Shown here: positions 13,401 to 24,008 of the stretch, piece after piece
Layout of the letters: every line of letters starts with the position of its first letter
Numbering within the stretch: the stretch's first letter is position 1
Source: Phoronis australis
Lineage: Eukaryota; Animalia; Phoronida
NCBI GenBank assembly: GCA_002633005.1
Contig: NMRA01000589.1
Coordinates: 154,641 to 218,640, forward strand
Direction of reading: 5' to 3'
Length of the DNA: 64,000 nucleotides
Program-made: the position numbers and the translations under genes
Notes under the pieces: model-generated
Told to the model about the DNA's origin: nothing
What the model saw: the letters and a program-made list of their open reading frames with translations, nothing else
Database searches by the model: none

Positions 13401-16400
13401 ATGTTAATGAAAATTCTATATCCATGTGATGTTTGATTTGGTATATAAAATTTTGTAAAAGCTTTCAGTCTCATTAAATAACTTCATTTTGAGTGGTCTC
13501 TAGCTGTAGTACAACACCTACTTTAGCATCACACTAAGCTATACGAAACAGCAGTTATTATTAAAAACTTTAATCATTTTATTCAACTAAAATATTCGTT
13601 TTTTTGGAAATTGAACTTTTTTGGTCATAATTGAGTTGCGTACTCTTAATGTGCTCCATATCCCTTGAATTTTTCAGCCTTGACGTCACATAGCATTACA
13701 AACGAAAAATTTGGAAAGATCTACGGCCCTGGGTATCCGGGGTCCTACAGAGTTGCTGAACAGCACCGGTGGCTTATAACTGTGCAAGCCGGGGCACGAG
13801 TGATTGTGAAGCTACTTGAGTTAAACATAGAACTAAACTGGGATGAGTTCAGGGTAAATTTTATCGTCTTTATTAGGAATTTTACTCCCGAAAGGGGCTG
13901 TGGTGTAAACCTTAAAATAATCTTTGAATTTTATTTGTCGTTCACAGTTATGAAGTAATATGTCATCAAATTTTCTTCCCCCATTGTTGCAGAATGGTAT
14001 TGTATAGAAAAATTTGCCTACCAACATTTTAGCAATGTTGTCCTAAAACTTTCTGAAACATATTTTTATTTGTGATATTTTTGCTAACGGTTGCATCTTA
14101 CTTTCTATCTAGATCACGGAGGGATCGGCGGATAGTAACGTTAACTTATGCTCGGGCGCCTCTTGTTCTCCCCTGCCACTCGTTGTTCAGACTGCAAGTT
14201 CCAACAAAATGAGTATAGTCTTCACTAGCGACATAGACACAGTATACGCCAAAAGCTTCTATCTTGGCTGGTCATCATCGCAGACAGGTAAATAAACTTG
14301 GAATGAATTTGTGACGTCAATGGAGACCTTTTTCATTATCTTTTCAAATTTTTAGTTGTTGTTACACTGGCATCATCCATAACAAATAGTAAGCTAACAG
14401 TGACGTAGTTTTATTTGCAAACTTTTGACCGTGCTATTTTTTGCCCTTTTGCCACATCACGTGTTCTGTATAACCACAAAACATTTCCCCATTTTATGCT
14501 TTACTATATTTATCTGCTTAGACTGTGCAATGTGTTGTATTTGAACTGTACATTCAGACCATATAGTGACGACCGTTGCCGGTCTCTCTGGAGTCATCAT
14601 ATCTCCCAACTATCCATCCACGTATAACGACTCCTCGCAACACTCCTGGACAATTAACTGCCCGTCAAACCACGCCGTCAACATCAAACTTGTCGTCATC
14701 GACTTGGAGACCGGGTATGATTTCCTTGAGGTGAGTACGCTTATAGACTCGGAGGACACTTGGACTTTTTGACAGTACTTTAGGGTGCTCAAAGTTCAAT
14801 AGAGAAGCAATAGACAGGTCGTGTATTTTGTTCCTTTTTCTTGACCTACAGTTGTTCTCAAGAACCTCTTCTTGCGCTTGCTCGCATTCTTAATATCGAG
14901 GAAGGTAAATATGAAAGCTATACATGTATAACTAAGATGCTAGATCAGTTGTTGACGTTCGCCATAACTATCTGTTCTTTCTAATGGGATATATATTTTG
15001 TGCCAGGTTTCATATCATGTTTGTGGTCTTATTTGAAGTTTCTCGGCCCCTATATAAACAGATTCGAAAGGTTAAAGGCGGGTCGAAAACAGTTCACACT
15101 TTCAACGGATATCTTAACGGAAGAATGACTGGAAGCTTGCCATCTTTAACCTCCTCGTGGCTGGACAATGTCGACCAAGTGGAGATTTACTTTAACTCCG
15201 ACCCCGCCATCTCAAGTCGTGGCTTTAAACTACACTGGGCATTGTCGGGTATGTGGAGAAGGATGATGATGAGGCTCTCTGGAATGTTGAGGTTCTTTAT
15301 AGGTTTGCCATTTGGCGGGAGTAATAGAATAAGCTGGCGTTGTGTTGCTCGATCTAAACATTCACACGGTTTTTAATTTGAAGCTGCAGTTAGCTAATCG
15401 TATGCTCTGTGTCAATGCTGAATACTTAATCGTAGCGGTTCGGGCTCAGAAATATTACCACGCTCATCCCATCTTAACTTATCGCCGAATGAATCGGCGA
15501 CTCCAGTCGCAATCAAAAAGTGCATGGGTGAGCCAACCCCATCAAATTCTAAAGCGCTCTCTCGAGTCGCTGATGGTTTCACTGTTCTTGTTGGTAACAC
15601 AAATTGAATCCCGTCCCAGTAAGGGATATTACAAGAGCAATTTTCTGATAATGAAGAACTTAAATTAGATTTTGCTTTTCAGCCGTCTAAACATAGTGAA
15701 CTGCAGGTTAATTAGATGCCATTTCAGCCGAAAAAAATTCTATATTTTCCATCCAGGTACGATGGGGAATTTCTTTATCGAATCTCACAGCCGGTTGTAA
15801 CCATTCCAGGAAATTCTATCCTTTAGGGATTAGAATAGTGAATCCGTTCAGTAACGTTAGGGCCTACAGTAGGACCTAGTTAAAATCTAGTAGGTCACGT
15901 GATCTCATTTAAAACACACGGCAGTATCTCAGGTAATCTCGCGAAGTCTTGATTTTTAGCGAGGTCCTAGCCTTACTCAACGGGAGGCTGTTCTAGAGTA
16001 TTGACTTGTGTGTTTATTTACGTACAACGTATTTGTTTATCCAGTGACCCCGAGGCTTTTTTCTCCACCCTTAAAAGTACGAGTTGTCTTTCATGACATT
16101 TACAGAGATTCTCGTCCCTGCCGCTCTGTCAGAAAAAGAGCTGGGTTCTTTCAAAACTCCACACTACGGCTCGGGTAACTATTCAGTGGGCTTCCGACAC
16201 TCATGGACTATCACCACAACAAACAACCTCGAAAGTGATTTCCAAATCCTCATCAAAATTGAAGAAGTAGATTTGGAATTTTGTTGCGACACGTTTCAGG
16301 TAAGAGATTGATACCTACACTGTTTCGAAACATAAATTTGATTTAGGTGTGTCTTCTTGTGTTTTGGCATTAGAACATTTTTCCGCACGAGTCAATGGCA

Positions 16401-19400
16401 TTTTGCATTTGTGAGATGAATTATTTAGTTAGTGCTGTAGCTAATATTTTTTAAAACAACTGTTACTGAGCGGCGGTAGGTGTTTGAACACCTCAATCCA
16501 ATCACAGTTGATGCAGGCGTGACGCAAAGTGTAAGTAGCCACAAGTGCTTATATTACACTACTGAACTTTTCTACTTGTTGCAAATACAAAGAATTTTGG
16601 TCACCGGCCTCTGGTTACCAAAGTTGGACTTTCCTGTGATTCATGTTCCATTCCTTCATACGTGTACTGTTGAAGTCAACATAGAACTGGCCTCTGTAAT
16701 CGGTAAAACTAACCCTTAATCAGGATTCTGTTTAAAAACTGAGTATTGGCTATGGCCTAGCTCTTCTGATCATAAATTGATCAGGTCTCTCTCATTTGAT
16801 CATAATTAATATGTAGTTACGTTGTTATGAATGACATCTCGTTTCCGCTTGTTCTATAACAGTGCTTGTAAGGTGCTTTGTCTTTGGGACGCACGCTGCA
16901 CATAAATACATAATGAATACATTAATGTTCGACATATGTCCCGAATAACCATAAGTAATGCGTTCGTCGCAACTGAGCTCGTTACCACGAAAAGGAGACA
17001 AAGGTAGGCGAAATAAGTTCATTTATTATGACAAAATTCAAGTACAAGGAATGCAATGGAAAATAAAACACGAAAGATAAAAATGACAGCGATGGATAAC
17101 GGTACGAGAAGGTGGTGAAAGTGATCGAATTTAGAGGGTGGCTCAATAGGTTTAAGCGCGTACGTCTATGTGGCTGACACAGTAAAGATGAACTGAAACA
17201 TGTGGATTTGAGAACATAGAAAATACCTTAGGACATGTGAAAATCATCAGCCTATAAGAACAAAATGCTGACCAAACTCAAGCAATGATAACACAAGACC
17301 AATCAGACGACTGGTAATAGGCGTCGTGTAGTCTTGCACAAAGGAATTAATGGACTGGTCCGAAATGATGAAAAAGAGGGGAAAGGAAGACGAGTTGATA
17401 TGCTCACATAAATAAAATAGAATGAATTGAAACGAAAAAAATAAATGATTATTTCAGATCACCGAATACAACAGTGGGGTGACAATGCGCACGATAACTC
17501 TAAGTACTGCATCTTCTATCTACAATGATAACCCCAAAGTTAACTACTTGACAGTCAAGGGCCCCACGTTTGCAGTAAACCTGGACAGTGACGCGTCAAG
17601 CACCGGAAGGGGCGTGGCATTGTCATGGGTGACTTTGCCGTTAGGTCAGTCTCAATGTGTTTCATTCAGAAAGTTGCAACCGTGATAAAGGAATTGATGC
17701 GGTGGCGTTTGTGTGTAAATGTGCCGTCATGAAATAATTTAAATGTAAATTAAATTTGAAACAGGTTCCTAGATACATTTGTATTTTGTTCCAACAAATG
17801 TACATTTCATTCAATTTCTGATGTTGCATTTTACACGTGCCCAGCTGTAGTTTCAAACAGCGTCTTTTGAAAATGTCGTTAATACTTGTTAAAACAGCAA
17901 AAACTGTATCGAGAATCATAACGAAAGTTGGTAAGCTGTTCATGTTGAGGAGAACATCTGACTTGCTGTGCGCCCCCTAACGACTATTTTAAGTTTGCTA
18001 GCATTGCTCCCTTTAGCGGCAATGTTTAAGTTAATGCCCATCCGCAGTATCTGCAATGTATGTGATGCACTTAGTGGGCGCCTTGCGTCTCCCTTGCGAG
18101 CCAATTTTTCATGAAAGGCTAATGTTTTCCATTCATTTTCTATACAAAATTCGTGTATAATTTCAGCACACACTAAAGAGGACGTGGCAATCAACGATAC
18201 CGTCCGTAGCGGTTTCCTCATCAGCCCTCAGTATTCCTCCGCTTACCCACCTGGCTTTCAGTACAGTTGGTTCTTCAACACGTCGGCAGTCAACGGGTCT
18301 TATAGCATATCCTTCTTAATCGTTACGTTGAGGATGGAAAACTGTTGTGACTATATTGAGGTAATACTGAACTTCTGAGACTGGTTCTGTGGCACCGTTG
18401 GCCCTACTGAATTTTAACTTCCGAACTTTGTTTAATCCTAAAATTGATTTCAATAATCTGCCTTGTCTTACATTTAGCCTGCGTTCGCGAAAAAGCAAAA
18501 TCCATCGTGTATTGCAGGCGAAGAACGTAATCACATTAGCTTTTTGTTATGGGTCTGCGGGAGGCGCTTCTACATTTGTTCATAACACAATTTCAGTTTT
18601 ATTCTTCTAAGCTGCAAGTCAAAGGAATACGTGGAAAAATATTTTCTGTTTTTACATAGTCTACTCGTTATATTTCCCGACACTTTGTTGTTAGGTGTTT
18701 GACCTAGATGAAGACGGTAACCGCGTGGCGTCGCGGGGTCGCCTCAGTGGCGCGGACGTGACTCATTACACTATGCAGGACACTACAAGCAGCTTTGTGG
18801 AGCTTTACTTCTACAGTGATCCCAGCATTGTGAGCGAAGGGTTCACGCTGGTCTGGGTGGCACGGAGCACGGTACCTACGACAATTTTAACATTCTTCGA
18901 CACCCCGGGCAACACTCCTGGTAAATATATTGCAATTTCTGTGCGGATTGAAAAATAACTGCGTCCATTATAAAAGGGGATAATTCCTTTTATTCCCTGT
19001 CTATTCAAAATTTTTGTGCTTATATCGCCCAGAATAGTACACCTAATTTTGACGCCCTTGTGCTTTCAAACTTGATAGATCTGTAAATAATCCACGCTAC
19101 AAGAAGTATTGTACTTTTTACAATTCCTCTAGAAAAGGTGCTACAAAACCGCGTTCTTTCAAAAAGTAACTCAATTTGCCATTATTAGAAGTATACTAAA
19201 CCCAGTATTGGCCCGTTCATATTTACAAAAAAACGAGATTGGCACCCTGCTCTCTAAAACAAAATAATTCTCTAACACTCTAAAACCATAAAAAAGTTCG
19301 CGACAACAGTAGGAAAAGCCCCCCCCCACCACCACCAGAAGCCATAATTTCCTTTTGTGACACAGTGAGTATGTGTGTCTTCATTGAATCCTACTGTAAT

Positions 19401-22327
19401 TATGCGCCCACATATTTATATGTGGACGCATTATGCCGTCATCTCCGTCCGTCCGTACGGGCGGCGTCCGTCCGGCGTCGGGTGTCCGGCGTCCGGCGTC
19501 CGCTGCTCTATCTCCAAAACCCTTTGACATACGTTCATGAAATTTGGCACATATGTTCCATTCATGAATGGGACGGCATGTGAGAACTTTTGGACGGATC
19601 CGACTACCGGTGTGCCCCCTAGTGGCAATTTTAGTTTTTTACGCTTACCTTTGTATCTTCAAAAGTCCTGAACGGATTTTCATGAAATTTGGTATGTAGG
19701 CACCTATTAGTGAGATGACGCTATCCTCCCGTTTTCAGATGGATTNNNNNNNNNNNNNNNNNNNNNNNNNNNNNNNNNNNNNNNNNNNNNNNNNNNNNNN
19801 NNNNNNNNNNNNNNNNNNNNNNNNNNNNNNNNNNNNNNNNNNNNNNNNNNNNNNNNNNNNNNNNNNNNNNNNNNNNNNNNNNNNNNNNNNNNNNNNNNNN
19901 NNNNNNNNNNNNNNNNNNNNNNNNNNNNNNNNNNNNNNNNNNNNNNNNNNNNNNNNNNNNNNNNNNNNNNNNNNNNNNNNNNNNNNNNNNNNNNNNNNNN
20001 NNNNNNNNNNNNNNNNNNNNNNNNNNNNNNNNNNNNNNNNNNNNNNNNNNNNNNNNNNNNNNNNNNNNNNNNNNNNNNNNNNNNNNNNNNNNNNNNNNNN
20101 NNNNNNNNNNNNNNNNNNNNNNNNNNNNNNNNNNNNNNNNNNNNNNNNNNNNNNNNNNNNNNNNNNNNNNNNNNNNNNNNNNNNNNNNNNNNNNNNNNNN
20201 NNNNNNNNNNNNNNNNNNNNNNNNNNNNNNNNNNNNNNNNNNNNNNNNNNNNNNNNNNNNNNNNNNNNNNNNNNNNNNNNNNNNNNNNNNNNNNNNNNNN
20301 NNNNNNNNNNCCCTAGTGGCAATTTTATTTTTTTACGTTTAACTTTGTATCTTCAAAAGTCCTTAACGGATTTTCATGAAATTTGGTATGTAGGCACCTA
20401 TTAGTGCGTTGATGCTATCCTCCCGTTTTCGGATGGATTCGACCTAGTTTGCGACACGCAGTAGCCATTTTTACTGTTTTTTAGTCTGTTTTTTGGCGTC
20501 CACCCCTCTATCAACCAAACCGCTCTAAGTATGATTGTGAAAATTGGGCATGTATGTTCTTACTATGAAGAGGACGGTTGACGCTGAATTTCCCATGACT
20601 TTGATTACTGTGGCGCCTCCTATTGGCAGTTTTTTTTTGCGCCCATGGCTGTATCTCCCAAACCGTTTGCAGGATCTTTACTAAATTTATGGTGGTAAAT
20701 TTGTTTTTAATTCTATGTTTTTGTGGTGCTTTAAGCAACTGATGTATAGGATGTGCTTGTATTATGAAGATCACTCACATTTTGCCCCTAGCCTATTGAG
20801 GAGACAATAACCATGCCTTTCCATTTTGCAAAGCACAACATACTACATATATGCCCTCTACTGGCCACTATATGGTACCAATAAACAACCCTAGAAGTAT
20901 ACCGTATACGGTGCAATTGTGGGCGCATTTCAACGCTCTGCGTTGCTCTTGTTAGTCAAGCTAGACGCCAATGGTGCTTTACCAGGGCACAGAAAGACGA
21001 TTGGTTGACATCGCCAAAACAGGGTTTTGCGTTTGTTTAAACTGATCCCAAGCTGTTCTTTCCTTAGAACTAATTTCTGGGCTTGGGAAAACTGAAAATT
21101 TGTTATTGTTTGGAAGACGCAATAACTTGGCTTGACCCTGCATTTCATATACGTTGAGTGTCAAGCACAAATTGTCATAATTACTTCCTAATTCAACAAA
21201 TATACCTCCGTCTGTGGAACACCTGTAGAACTGATTCTAGTATCAAGTCACTTTTTTGAAGAAAGCGGATTTGTATCCGATTTATACGTCAACTGCAGTC
21301 TTGTGGAAAATACGTTGGACAAGCGGAGAGCGTGCAGGTTCTACAAGGCATTGATCGTTTTCATGTGCATCAAAAACGTATTTCTGCGAACTCTTGGTTT
21401 TGCATTAGTTGCATTTGCTTAAAACCCATATTTGTCATCTTTATTAACACGGGTCTATTCCACATTAATTTTTGTTTTGTTCCAGAGGCTGTTGCCGCCT
21501 GCGTCATCGTATTCGTTGCTGTTGTCAGTTTGTTAGCACTCATTTGTTACTGCACGAAAACTGACTCGGGACGTATGTCAAGCGTAAAGACTTCTCAATC
21601 TAACAAAAAAGATATCGTCTTGGAAGATGTAGAAGAAGCAGACGGCAAATCACTACCTAATGACAATGTGACAGAAACGGACGAGGGAGGCTCAGAAAAA
21701 GACAAAGACACAGTTGCTGATGACCAAATGGAATCCCTCGATAAAAGTGACAAAGACACAAAGGGATTGAGTGCTGCTGATGCAGATAGGGGTGACATGA
21801 ACGTAGTGCAATATGAAGTGTTAAACATGTCTGGAACTAATACGCCTGCACCCTTCGCTTACGATACCGTAAACCCAGAACGGCGAAGTGTCGCGTCGCC
21901 CTCTGGTGTTAGTGCTTCTGACGTCACTCCGCTGGATGTGTCCTATAACCCAGACGGTTTGTACAATGAAGAGTCCTATGGGCAACCGTTAAAATTAGCC
22001 ACCGAAGGAGGACTTGATATAACGATTGCGCCAAAGACGGAAGAAGTACAAGTGCCAAAATTACAATCTCCAAGAAAGAAGAGGTTTTCGCTTACGCCAA
22101 GTTCAGAACGGCAGCGAAAATCATTGCTTAACACTAGAAGATTTAGTGTTCCAGCAGATATTGCCGCAAAGACGAGTCGCAATGCGGATGACTTACCTAG
22201 ATACGATATGGATTTTGCGGAGGAAAATGGGACACATGTTGCTCCCTCTAGTGACCAGCTGTATGGAGATGATGGCGTCAGCCATCCAGTTCTAACTCAG
22301 TCAGAAAATGAAGTTTCTTATGTTTGA
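1543..22327 (+). CDS. Multi-CUB-domain single-pass membrane protein (10 CUB + TM + cytoplasmic tail), ~1,480 aa in window, 5' end not located
   Basis: 21 hand-built exons, all with AG/GT boundaries and continuous frame: 1543-1721, 2494-2671, 3668-3840, 4437-4599, 5155-5333, 7011-7188, 7922-8100, 8806-8965, 10055-10230, 10922-11093, 11971-12149, 13105-13270, 13678-13853, 14113-14287, 14558-14730, 15062-15248, 16106-16299, 17458-17644, 18167-18360, 18695-18920, 21486-22327. Odd exons carry G.ITSP.YP..Y......W.I...LE...D; even exons carry F.SD......GF...W. Each pair is a multiple of 3 nt. The first exon starts in phase 1, so a signal-peptide exon lies upstream; the N gap could hide sequence. Confidence 0.88.
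5540..5756. mobile_element. Small MITE-like element
   Basis: Imperfect TIRs CATGCTCACCCAGTGGGGGGCTCG / CGAGCCTCCCGGAGTGCGCGCATG flanked by CAGTA on both sides. Confidence 0.45.
10320..10625. repeat. Compound microsatellite (CTG)n, (ATA)n, (GTAATA)n, (GTT)n in a CUB intron
   Basis: Directly visible; produces spurious poly-L/I/V and poly-N/Y ORFs. Confidence 0.95.
11330..11676. mobile_element. Non-autonomous DNA transposon with ~120-bp TIRs (CAC...GTG termini, 5-bp TSD; Transib-like)
   Basis: CACGGGTGAGAAACAACATGACCGCCGGTCCTC... is mirrored at 11556-11676; TAATT on both flanks. Confidence 0.75.
15843..15990 (+). mobile_element. Copy of ~150-bp interspersed repeat family A
   Basis: Core cacgtgatctcatttaaaa..cacggcagtatctca.gtaatctcgcgaagtcttg is shared with ~22960-23120, ~23200-23335 and ~58280-58420. 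Confidence 0.75.
19400..20955 (+). mobile_element. Helentron/DINE-1-like (HINE) element with internal ~150-bp tandem repeats, spanning the gap
   Basis: 5' subTIR ATGCGCCCACA with local hairpin, GTCC microsatellite, repeated unit ccctagtggcaatttt...catgaaatttggtatgtagg on both sides of the gap, 3' TGTGGGCGCAT and stem-loop CAACGC-tct-GCGTTG. Confidence 0.7.
19746..20310. other. Assembly gap (N run)
   Basis: 565 N. Confidence 1.
21486..22327 (+). CDS. Terminal exon of CUB gene: transmembrane helix and acidic low-complexity cytoplasmic tail
   Basis: Acceptor ttccag|ag is phase-compatible with the donor after 18920. AVAACVIVFVAVVSLLALICYC is a hydrophobic helix; the tail ends NEVSYV-stop. Confidence 0.8.
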
Positions 22328-22454
22328 AGCAAGTTACATTGTTCTATCAAAATGCCTAAATTCCCTGTATTGCGATGTCTAAATGAACCTGTAGTTGTGA
22401 CATTTGTATGCTACATGCACTGCACATGTAACATGCGGACAATGTAGAACTTCA

Positions 22455-22604
22455 GGCCCCAGTTGCATAAAAGTTTTACGCCGTATAGAACAATGACTTC
22501 GCATTATCACGCGCCACGTTGTTATTGTTGAACAATGCACCTGACCTTATGCAACAATTAAACTTATCCAGAAGATAATTTTTAAGTTTTATGCAACCTA
22601 GCCC
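22455..22604. mobile_element. MITE (Harbinger-like termini) in CUB gene 3' UTR
   Basis: GGCCCCAGTTGCATAAAA ... TTTTATGCAACCTAGCCC inverted ends. Confidence 0.5.
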
Positions 22605-22807
22605 AGGTGTAAATTTTGCTTATGTGCTGCACCACACTCTGTTAATTTTTGTGAAATGGGGTTTAAAAATCCACCTCGTCAGATTACGTTCTTGTTCTGG
22701 AATCATAAACAGTATGAAAATACCACAGAGAAAACATACTTCTGTTGCACACCAAAGTGCATTTTTATTGATAATTTGCCAAATAACATGTGAATATAAA
22801 GTATACA

Positions 22808-22813
22808 AATAAA
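22808..22813 (+). promoter_or_regulatory. Probable polyadenylation signal of the CUB gene
   Basis: AATAAA ~480 nt after the stop codon. Confidence 0.45.
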
Positions 22814-22959
22814 GCTTAACACGTGAATATAACAAAATAATTTCAATTCATCATGCAATTCTTCCTTAGTCTCCTAAAATGCAAAAAACAGTATTCACCT
22901 GCCACCCCTTGAGCTAAATCTACGTAGATAAAATCAAGGCAGGCCAAACTATCTCCATA

Positions 22960-23335
22960 CCAGGCGTGCGTTTAGTAATGCTTGGACCTACGCTAGGACA
23001 CATCTAAAATTTAGTCAAGGTCACGTATTCTCATTTACAATACACGGCAATCTCTAACGTAATCTCGCGAAGTCTTGCCTTTTTGGCGAGGTCCTGGCGT
23101 TACTGCACTGGAGGCTGGTCACGTCAATGCATATTGCGGACTGGTTTGATACGAGTGAACAAGGATCTGCTGCATGAAAGTGACTTGAGAATTACAGAAA
23201 TCTGCCTCCCGTTTAGTAATGCTAGGACCTCGCTAAAAGGCAAGACTTCGCGAGATTACGTGAGATGTTGCTGTTTATTTTAAATGAGAGCACGTGATTT
23301 TGGCTAGGTCCTAAGGTAGCTGAACCCACGCCAGG
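22960..23335. mobile_element. Two inverted copies of repeat family A
   Basis: ~22960-23120 (+) and ~23200-23335 (-) are diverged reverse complements. Confidence 0.7.
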
Positions 23336-23559
23336 TCTCTCGCTCCTATCTCGTGATTGACGAATAAAGCCTTGGCCAAGTAATTGCAAGGGCATGATGG
23401 AGTTTAGAGAACTAATTTATAGTTTATCTTGGAAACCAACAGTTACGCGCACTTTTGAGATTAATTATCTTTAGGATTCTGAAATAGTTGCATGGACTTT
23501 TAGAACAAATTTCTGTCTTAAGTAACGTAATTTCTGTCTTATTGACTTCGTGAAACTAT

Positions 23560-23803
23560 GACCGTTCCAGGAAAACTGACTTAGCTAAAACAAATCTTAA
23601 ATTTAAGCCAGTTTTAATATGAAAGTTCCATTTGTCTTAAATCCGTTACAAGAAAGGAGACTTAAGTTAGACTTGAGTTTCTGACTCAGGTTTTATCTTA
23701 AGTTCAACAACTTAAGAGATGTGGAAGTTTCAAATTTAAAAGTTGAGACAAACATTAGACTTAAGTGAAATTTGAACTTAGTCAGTTTCTTGGAACTAGC
23801 CCC
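23560..23803. mobile_element. MITE-like inverted-repeat element
   Basis: GTTCCAGGAAAACTGACTTAG ... CTTAGTCAGTTTCTTGGAAC inverted ends; internal CTTAAG subrepeats. Confidence 0.5.
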
Positions 23804-23849
23804 AAACCTCTGACCTGGTGGTAAAGGTTGAGTCAAACCAACTGACACA

Positions 23850-23855
23850 TTTATT
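23850..23855 (-). promoter_or_regulatory. Probable polyadenylation signal of the minus-strand gene
   Basis: TTTATT on + (AATAAA on -) ~155 nt after stop at 24009. Confidence 0.45.
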
Positions 23856-24008
23856 GAGGTGGAACTACAGGGACATTGAAAGGCGAAGCCAACCACAACA
23901 ATATGTCCATTTGCCGCTCTAAATAATTTTGTGAATTGCGTTCAGTTACCGAACCTCGACCCGTTCTCCAAAAAGTAGTGGCAAAGGTATTATGGATGAA
24001 CAGTACTT

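Noticed and set aside
19715-20404. Long ORFs of X
   Set aside because: Artifacts of the N gap.
1543-22327. Cubilin (CUBN) or tolloid
   Set aside because: It has a TM and cytoplasmic tail, no EGF or astacin domains in view, and lacks the canonical CUB cysteines.
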